This document shows positions 55,000-64,000 of a stretch of 64,000 nucleotides of DNA, piece after piece. The notes under the pieces are model-generated. The model saw nothing but the letters and a program-made list of their open reading frames with translations. It had not been told where the DNA came from and did not search any database. The first letter of the stretch is position 1; each line of letters begins with the position of its first letter. The stretch is taken from assembly GCA_040954595.2 (NCBI GenBank), contig CM082590.2, positions 8,370,001-8,434,000 of the forward strand. The letters run 5' to 3'. The stretch comes from Balanoglossus misakiensis. Lineage: Eukaryota > Animalia > Hemichordata. The position numbers and the translations under genes are program-made.

Positions 55000-57605
55000 T
55001 TAAGGATCGATGTAGAGGAGGAGGTTGGGAGATCCAGCACCAGGGTTGCTGATGGCTCCAGCGGTTGCCTCGTTAGCGAGCAAGTTCTTGCAGCTAGCAC
55101 CATCGGTACATCTTCCAGCTGCCATGTGGACAGTAAGAGCACCTTGAAGGGAAAACATAAAAGTCATTAGTACAAAATGTCATCAACACCTTTGCTGCAT
55201 CGACGCCAATAGGATAGTCTCCATATTTTTCGAGCAGGAGATGAAGTCTTTCAAGAAACATGGCACTAACAGATTTCAAAAGCGCACTCTAATAATACAA
55301 TTACATGTAGTAATTAATAGTGGTGTGATAGTCTTACCAGCAACGTGTGGGCAAGCCATGGAGGTACCGCTCATGGTAGTGTAGGCACTGCAGCCAGTGT
55401 TATAGGCACTTCTGATGTTGGAACCGGGAGCGAAGATATCCACGCAGGTACCGTAGTTGGAGAAACTAGATCTGGCATCAGTGGTTGTAGTTGAGCCAAC
55501 GGTGTCAGCCTGTTCAGAACATGAGGGAAAAGTCAGTCAAATAATCACACTATTTGTAATTGTTTGAACACAACTTCTTTCCAAAGCAAACGCATATCCA
55601 CTGATAGAAATCAAAGAACGTACCTCAGCAACTCTAGCTGGGGATGTGTTGCAAGCGTCAGCATTGTCGTTGCCAGCAGCAACTGCTGTTGGCACGCCAG
55701 CAGCGATCAGATCGCGGACACCTTGATCCAAAGCAGGGCTGGCACCACCACCCAGAGACATTGAGCAAACAGCTGGTCTTGGTCCACTGGCTGCAATAGC
55801 ATCCAATCCTATGAAGGGAAGATTGAAGCCAAATTAAGTCAAATCCTGACGTTTTATGTAGGAATACCCAAATAACGAAAGGTACAGATACATTAAAGTC
55901 AGTATTCAAATGTACATGTATGTTCAAAATACATATGAGTATAGTGAGCTTACCAGCGACGATGTTGTTGGTAAGACCTGCTCCTGCGCAGTTGAGCACA
56001 CGGACAGCCTGAACAGTTGCAGCAGTAGCAACACCAGTAGTTGAACCAGCAGCAGAACCACCACAGTGAGTTCCGTGACCATGGCAATCAGAACCCTGAA
56101 GAATTGGTAAAAGATGACATTTCCAGGTACATTATTGACAGACAAAATGAAGAATATCGCGTGTATTGGTCCTCGGAAACACATTTACCTAGCCATGTAA
56201 AGATCTGAGTTTGGGGCTACGCTACCCTCTCTGGTCGAACTACAGCTTCAACCCTCTCAATATCGCGTGTATTGGTCCTCGGAAACACATTTACCTAGCC
56301 ATGTAAAGATCTGAGTTTGGGGCTACGCTACCCTCTCTGGTCGAACTACAGCTTCAACCCTCTCAAACAAAACCTCATTATTATTGGAAAATGGCAGCAA
56401 AATGCACCACGTAGGTGGACTATTGAGAAATGTAGAATTCAGCGCCATACTCACATCACCAGTAGAGTCGAAATCCCAGAAGAAGACAGCACGACCGCCA
56501 AACTCTTGGTGGCAGTAATAGAGTCCAGTGTCAGCAATGTAGACATTGGCTCCAGCACCGGTGCCTTCAAAGAAAAGTTGAGAAAATATCTTATAAATGG
56601 CTATATCGCAAGAATATGTGATTATTGTAAAATATATATATACAAGCCCACGTTTTCAAAAATCATTCAAAACATGAATGAAATAAGTCAATCTATCAAT
56701 ACTGGTATAATGCCCAAAAGGCACTGATATTTAATATTAAGACATCTGCCATAAAATATTATCAGAGGGTGACTACTTCCTAATTTGATTTGGTATATGG
56801 CAGGTGACACGTGTGGGGCAGGATTCGCTTACTATTTTCGAAACATATCACTTCTTGGTCTCAATTAATGATGTGAAGTCTAAATATAGTTGGACACCTT
56901 ACCGTAAACATTACAGTTGCCATCACCAGCAGTTGTTCTCTGGTTGACACGATCAACACCCCACTCGCAAGCGGCTCTCATCACGGAGTCCTCTTCAATA
57001 TACTCGACCAGATCCAAGGCTTGAAGCTGAAAAAGTCAAGAAAATTGTAGTTGATTTGATTACTTTGGGGATATGCTGTCGAAATGGTTTACATGCAGGC
57101 AAACTCAGACGATGTCGACGAAAGTATCTTATGCAAATTTAGCGACTACGAAGTCATTACATCAATCAGTTGCGAGTGATATCGAAAATTGTCGACCCGA
57201 AAAAGTTGTATTCTCACCTGGGCAAGCTGGGCTTGTTGGGCATCAATAGCGACTCCACCGAAAACATTGCTGTAGATTCTCTTCACTGGGATACTCTTAG
57301 AGAGGCTCTTAGCAAAGGTGTCGGCATTGACTCCATCCTGTAACAAAACAGAAAATAAATAAATAGTCATAAAATATGGCGTTTGATGTTCCAAATTTAC
57401 TTGGTAAATGTTCTTGACCATGTCGACATACCATTTCATGTATTGTCTAATCAAAATATTTATGATCAATGTTTGGGATTGTTAGTTGACTTACCTTGAG
57501 TTTGACCAAGTAGCTGTTGGGTACAGCATCCCTGGCCTTCAGGATTGGGGCCAGATTGACAGCATTTGCTGCAGCGACGAAGAGAGCGAGGAGAAAGATA
57601 CGCAT
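55000..57605 (-). CDS. Secreted S8A proteinase K/aqualysin-like serine protease, copy 3 (~368 aa)
   Basis: Minus-strand exons 57495-57605, 57218-57337, 56903-57026, 56455-56564, 55954-56095, 55624-55808, 55338-55509 and 55000-55142. Exon sizes and motifs match copy 2. Confidence 0.92.
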
Positions 57606-57837
57606 CTTGGAGTTCTGTCTGTCAGACGAAACAAAGACAACGGATTATTTCATGCAGTGAGACAGTCTCGCCAAGTGTGGCTGGAATCTCGTCCCGCCAT
57701 CCTGGCTTGGTATAGTGCACGACCAGCAGCTGATGTTGCAGAGACACTTCTGAAGAGACAAGAGCCGGTGTGGAGCTGGTTCTGGATACATCACCACGGT
57801 CCAGGGAGAAAATCCACTGAGATGCAGTCTCAACTTA

Positions 57838-57893
57838 CCTGTTCTCTGCAAGAGTAAAGTGAAGAGAGCTATGCCTCACCTCTCCTTATATGC
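57838..57893 (-). promoter_or_regulatory. TATA box and non-coding first exon of protease copy 3
   Basis: Minus-strand CATATAAGGAGA at ~57881-57893, followed by the donor CAG|GTAAGT at ~57838. Confidence 0.55.
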
Positions 57894-58433
57894 ACCTCTC
57901 CGCTCATTAATCAAACACAGTATGACATGAAGTATCGTGTGAATATCACAGCCATGTTATCATGACATCCGGGCTTCCTCTTACTCCCTGTATTATCAGC
58001 TCTATCGCCACTTTCTCCACTCACGATTGTCAGTACAAATTTGTGACTCTAATTAGTTGTCTTTGGATTTGTGTTTTATTGAGGAACTAAGAAAGATGAC
58101 CCACCACACCCACATTTCTAGAAACCAAACATTAGGGACCATCACTTGTTCTCCACTTGGCACAACTGCAGAAGGCCAAACAAAAAATCATTTTATCACA
58201 CTATCAATGTTATCCCAAACAGGTTATCTTCGCCGGCAGGACCAGCTCTCACACGATAGGCAGACACTTGTATCATAACTCGGTCACTGCGAAATATGGA
58301 ATCTAAATTTGGAAACATAAATATCAATACATTTGTATTGGCGTCGGTCGTTTGCTGCAAAGATTTGCTCTGACCTTTAACACACTTGACAGTGGGTAGT
58401 GGGACATATACTAACGACCATGGAAAGTTGTCA

Positions 58434-58620
58434 AGAGAGAGAGAGAGAGGGGTAGAGGGAGAGAGAGGGGGAGGGAGAGAGAGAGGGGGAGGGAGAGAGA
58501 GAGGGGGAGGGAGAGAGAGAGAGGGAGGGAGGGAGAGAGAGAGGGGGAGGGAGAGAGAGAGGGGGGAGAGGGAGGGAGAGAGAGAGGGGGAGGGAGAGGG
58601 AGGGAGGGAGAGAGAGAGAG
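58434..58620. repeat. Polypurine (GA/GGGA) tract
   Basis: About 185 nt that are almost entirely G/A, between protease copies 3 and 4. Confidence 0.9.
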
Positions 58621-59488
58621 ATACATACATACAGACTGAGGAATTTTAAAAATTGCCAAAGACACAAATTCATGACATTTTGCGCATAGCTTCGTTAAAA
58701 GAAAATAACCAATTGGTATAATAAAAAACAGATGGTGGCAGTGGTTAATTGTGAAATCAACGTCATTGGTGAAAAAAATGCTGAATGCATAGTTTTCTTG
58801 TTATCTGCTAAAGTGCGTGCGGCCTTATGTTTCAGAAACTAGGACGATTTACACAAACCAGCCACCAACAAAACAGAATAAAGAGAAGAAAAAATGCAAG
58901 AAAAGACAATACGACCCAAGAAATTTTGGTCGGAACTATGTTGTTTAATAAACAAGTAAATAAAAATATAGATTATGAAAAGATAATTAATAGATAAAAT
59001 TAGTAAAGGAACCCAGTCAAATAGGTCCATAGTTATCCGTTTAGTACAAACTTACTAGTTTTTTTTGGTGATGTTTACTCACCGATGGAAATGACAACGA
59101 TTTTGATAAATTTCTATCACTCCTTATCACTAAGAGCGGAACTTGCATGCAAAGATAACCTTCATTTGCACACAGTAGCAACAAGGTTATGCCGTTGTAA
59201 TCACACTGAAGAATAAACATGAATATTGTAGCATTCGAGACTTTAAAAGTTTATTTTTATTTTTTTAAACTCGAAGTCGAAAGATGAAGAGACTTCTGTT
59301 TTGGAATGTTTGCATCTGGGTGCCTAGAGAAACACCCTGCGTTGTTTTAGCAGCCTGGTGCAGTGTTGCACACGACAGGTGCGAAGTTCACAGTGACGTC
59401 AGTCCTGAATTCCCATTATCGGCCGCATGACTGTCAAATTCACACAATATTTCATTAAACTGGACCCCTGATTAATTATCTTAAGGTG

Positions 59489-59543
59489 TATATAAGGAGA
59501 TCACCTGCACAGGTCTCGTTACTTTGCTCTTGCTGAATACAGG
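59489..59543 (+). promoter_or_regulatory. TATA box and non-coding first exon of protease copy 4
   Basis: TATATAAGGAGA at 59489, followed by the donor G|GTAAGT at ~59543. Confidence 0.55.
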
Positions 59544-59748
59544 GTAAGTTTGATGTTTTCTTGCATTTAAGTTGAGCTGCCTAACCGAGGAAGACATATT
59601 CGCTCTTCGTTTTCCATAGGCAATTTTTGTTGGCGACTGTGATAAGCTGTCTACCTGATGATTCGTATGTGTGTGTATAAGTGTTAGTTGGAATAATCTC
59701 GTCACAATCCATCCATTTCTTTGTTTCTCTGACAGACAGAACTCCAAG

Positions 59749-62478
59749 ATGCGTATCTTTCTCCTCGCTCTCTTCGTCGCTGCAGCAAATGCTGTCAATC
59801 TGGCCCCAATCCTGAAGGCCAGGGATGCTGTACCCAACAGCTACTTGGTCAAACTCAAGGTAAGTCAACTAACACTCCCAAACATTGATCATGAATATTT
59901 TGTTTAGACAATGCTACTTTAAAACACGACGTTTTAAAACCCAGTTCAGCTACAGCCAATCACAGACACGCAAAGAAACCTCGTTAAGGTTGAACAGCAT
60001 CTTAAATTCGTTGAGCTTTAAAATCGGGCAATAATACATCCTTTATTGCTGTGAATTATTTCTCATTTATTTTCTGTTTTGTCATAGGATGGAGTCAATG
60101 CCAACGCCTTTGCTAAGAGCCTCTCTAAGAGTATCCCAGTGAAGAGAATCTACGACAATGTTTTCGGTGGAGTCGCTATTGATGCCCAACAAGCCCAGCT
60201 TGCCCAGGTGAGAATACAACTTTTTCGGGTCGACAATTTTCGATATCACTCGCAACTGATTGATGTAATGACTTCGTAGTCACTAAATTTGCATAAGATA
60301 CTTTCGTCGACATCGTCTGAGTTTGCCTGCATGTAAACCATTTCGACAGCATATCCCCAAAGTAATCAAATCAACTACAATTTTCTTGACTTTTTCAGCT
60401 TCAAGCCATGGATCTGGTCGAGTACATTGAAGAGGACTCCGTGATGAGAGCCGCTTGCGAGTGGGGTGTTGATCGTGTCAACCAGAGAACAACTGCTGGT
60501 GATAGCAACTGTGCCATTTACGGTAAGGTATCTGAGTGTAGCTAGACATAAGTCTCTCTATCGCTGCCCTTTTTTTCATTAATTATGTTTGATACAATAC
60601 ACTGTATATGTTATTCTAAATGTGGATATATAGTGAATCAACGTTCAACCACATACAATTTCCATCCCACTTGTAGACACGAGAGTGAAAATCTCGCCAA
60701 AATGAATAACAGGTCTTTACCATTTATTCATTTTGGGCTAGTTTTTACTCTAATATCATACAAGCGGGATGGAAGTTGTGTGTGGTTGAACGTTCATTCA
60801 CTATATATCCACATGTACATTAACATAAACAGTGTCTTGTATCAAACATAATTAATGTAAAAAGGGCAGCGAGAGAGAGACTTTGTCCCTTTAATATGAC
60901 GAACCCACTGGTGTCTACTTTGGAATATCTGAATGCAATAATGATTTGGATAGTTTGCATATTGCCAAAACGTCTCCTTTTCAGTGACACTTTCTTCATG
61001 ACGTAACTATATCGTGATTTTGTTTAATTTCCCGCAAAAGGTGACGGAACTGGTGCCCATGTTTACATTGCTGACACTGGACTCTATTACTGCCACCAAG
61101 AGTTTGGCGGTCGTGCTGTCTTCTTCTGGGATTTCGACTCTACTGGTGATGTGAGTATGGCGCTGAATTCTACATTTCTCAATAGTCCACCTACGTGGTG
61201 CATTTTGCTGCCATTTTCCAATAATAATGAGGTTTTGTTTGAGAGGGTTGAAGCTGTAGTTCGACCAGAGAGGGTAGCGTAGCCCCAAACTCAGATCTTT
61301 ACATGGCTAGGTAAATTTGTTTCCGAGGACCAATACATGCGACGGTCTTCATTTTGTCAATGACGTGAACCTAGAAATACCTTCTACCAATTCTTCAGGG
61401 TTCTGATTGCCATGGTCACGGAACTCATTGTGGTGGTACAGCTGGTGGTTCAACTACTGGTATTGCCATCAAGGCTACCATTCAGGCTGTCCGTGTTCTC
61501 AACTGCGCAGGAGCAGGTCTTACCAACAACATCGTCGCTGGTAAGCTCACTTTACTATCATATCATGTATTGCTTTGAATCACACATTCAAATACATGTA
61601 CTGACCTTCACGTATTTCTACATAAAACGTCGGGATTTGACTTAATTTGGCTTCAATCTTCCCTTCATAGGATTGGATGCTATTGCAGCCAGTGGACCAA
61701 GACCAGGTGTTTGCTCAATGTCTCTGGGTGGTGGTGCCAGCCCTTCTTTGGATCAAGGTGTCCGCGATCTGATCGCTGCTGGCGTGCCAACAGCAGTTGC
61801 TGCTGGCAACGACAATGCTGACGCTTGCAACACATCCCCAGCTAGAGTTGCTGAGGTACGTTTTTGATTTCTATCAGTGGAAATGCGTGTGCTTTGGAAA
61901 GAAGTTGTGTTCAAACAATTACAAATAGTGTGATTATTTGACTGACTTTTCCCTCATGTTCTGAACAGGCTGACACCGTTGGCTCAACTACAAGCACTGA
62001 TGCCAGATCTGGATTCTCCAACTACGGTACCTGCGTGGATATCTTCGCTCCCGGCTCCAACATCAGAAGTGCCTATAACACTGGCTGCAGTCAATACACT
62101 ACCATGAGCGGTACCTCCATGGCTTGCCCACACGTTGCTGGTAAGACTATCACACCACTATTAATTACTACATGTAATTGTATTATTAGAGTGCGCTTTT
62201 GAAATCTGTTAGTGCCATGTTTCTTGAAAGACTTCATCTCCTGCTCGAAAAATATGGAGACTATCCTATTGGCGTCGATGCAGCAAAGGTGTTGATGACA
62301 TTTTGTACTAATGACTTTTATGTTTTCCCTTCAAGGTGCTCTTACTGTCCACATGGCATCTGGTAGATGTACCGATGGTGCTAGCTGCAAGACCTTGCTC
62401 GCTAATGACGCAACTGTTGGAGCCGTCAGCAACCCTGGTGCTGGATCTCCCAACCTCCTCCTCTACATCGATCCTTAA
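59749..62478 (+). CDS. Secreted S8A proteinase K/aqualysin-like serine protease, copy 4 (~368 aa)
   Basis: Exons 59749-59859, 60088-60207, 60399-60522, 61041-61150, 61399-61540, 61671-61855, 61969-62140 and 62336-62478. Catalytic triad is intact. Confidence 0.92.
60550..60894. mobile_element. Kolobok-like TTAA MITE in intron 3 of protease copy 4
   Basis: Same family terminal repeats and internal palindromic body. Confidence 0.7.
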
Positions 62479-64000
62479 ACGAGGTAAGTTGTCACTGACG
62501 TACATCAATACAGCCCAACCTGTCTACAGTCGCCAGGCAAGGGGCTTTCCTAAACTGGTCGTCACAGACACATGGCCGTTAAGACAGATCAATTCTTCCT
62601 ACCTTAAATAGTTTTTTGCTACCTAAGTGAGTGATGAAAATCTCACATGATCTACACAATTTCAAGATGGCCGATTTTTGCCATGTTTAACAATGGAAGT
62701 TCTTATGTTGAAAAAAGTTTAATAACTTTAATATGCTTACTACACTTTTTGACCAAAGGAAGTAATGAAAAACAGTCAATATATCATTTCTTCTAACTCT
62801 TACTACAGTGAGTTGTCGACCTTTTACCCAGAATGCAATTATTACCGGTATAATGTTATTTGACTCCCTAGCACAAAGTGGAAAGCTATCTAGGGCAGCC
62901 AGAATGCACACTGGGATCGTAACAAAGTGGCCACTATAGACACGTTGCCGCCATATATAGAGTTAGCCATCGCAGAGTTGACAGAACAGTTACTCTAGAA
63001 TCGTTGCAATATTACATGCAAACATGTGCCAATCCCCAATATAGCCGCTAACCAAAGTGATGCTTTCTTACAGACTCCGGAAGATTGGACGCTTCTCAAA
63101 TAAACACGACGATTAGGCCGAATGCATGGTATACGTCAAGTGTACACATCTTGAATTCCTTGTCATTGTTATGGTCTATCTGATTTCCAGAAGATGAAAT
63201 AAAGTTTTGAAATTAAATATTTTTGCATCTGTTGTTTATTTCATAGTAACTCAGATATCTGACCGCAGACAGTTCAAGAGAATTCAACTCGCTGTGGACT
63301 GGAACCCCACACAATCAAAAGCGAGTTTTAATGTTCCTGGGATTATACCAAAAGAACAGAATGTTGAACATTTGCATATTTGGGGATAATAAGAGACCAG
63401 TTATGATTGAGAAAATGAATAAGATTAAGAACGAATTTTTGACAGATTAAATTTGACAAAGCTTTAAAAAGCTACGCGCAATATTTGCGATAAAAACATC
63501 ATCGTGTATGATATTAAACTTCCAGCAATGGTCTTTGGAGAAACATAAGCCAAATGTGATATTTTTCGAATATAGGAGTCTGGTCGATGTTTTATATAAC
63601 TATGAACACAGGCCTACCCCATGTCTACCGCTGGCTGCGCTATGCTCTTAACTCTTAAGCCCCATTCTGATTGGTGGACGATAGATTCTCCCGATCTGAT
63701 TGGTTGCATAGTCGATTGTACAGATGTTACTCCCCACATTAGAGCACGATGCTCTGGTAACATGTAAATAACGTTTAAAATTCGTTGAAAAAGTTATACA
63801 ATTTGGTCGACGACGATGACATCCACAAGACCAGTCAGCGTGTCACCATTTAATCACAGCAAGCTTCTGTATAAGGCTCAACAGTAACATTACCGACTAG
63901 GGATATGGCTAAGGAAATTCCGCCATTGGTTATGAATGAACAATAATATCATTATTACATTTGAATATTCATTGGGACTGTCCGCATGTATGCGTACCAT

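Noticed and set aside
58196-58673. Pro/Ser/Leu-rich and Arg/Glu/Gly-rich ORFs
   Set aside because: These are translations of the GA polypurine tract.
42851-62478. Bacterial or fungal contamination as the source of the S8 proteases
   Set aside because: The genes have conserved GT-AG introns containing the same host MITE families found across the window.

Overview
Intron-containing animal genomic DNA (AT-rich, full of microsatellites and MITEs; the gene content suggests a marine invertebrate, which is inference). I built all gene models by hand from GT-AG boundaries and frame continuity. (1) 0.7-26.5 kb holds a cluster of four single-pass multiple-EGF receptors (SCARF/MEGF10/Draper/Nimrod-like; the three complete genes carry a CCxG[Y/F] motif). 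They share an ectodomain plan but have four different cytoplasmic tails. Two of them form a close pair: one has a ~300-aa tail with 15 Tyr, the other has a doubled ectodomain, a Glu in the TM helix and a tail cut off by a stop codon. (2) Nested in that cluster are two tandem small secreted double PAN/Apple proteins with identical signal exons but diverged domains. (3) A 9-exon CYP4F-like P450 lies at 28.3-33.1 kb. (4) A compact, divergent TRPC-like channel lies at 36.6-41.8 kb. (5) Four proteinase K/aqualysin-type S8 proteases (+,+,-,+) at 42.8-62.5 kb show mosaic gene conversion. Most ORF-track entries are microsatellite or antisense artefacts. I found no CRISPR, rRNA or tRNA genes.
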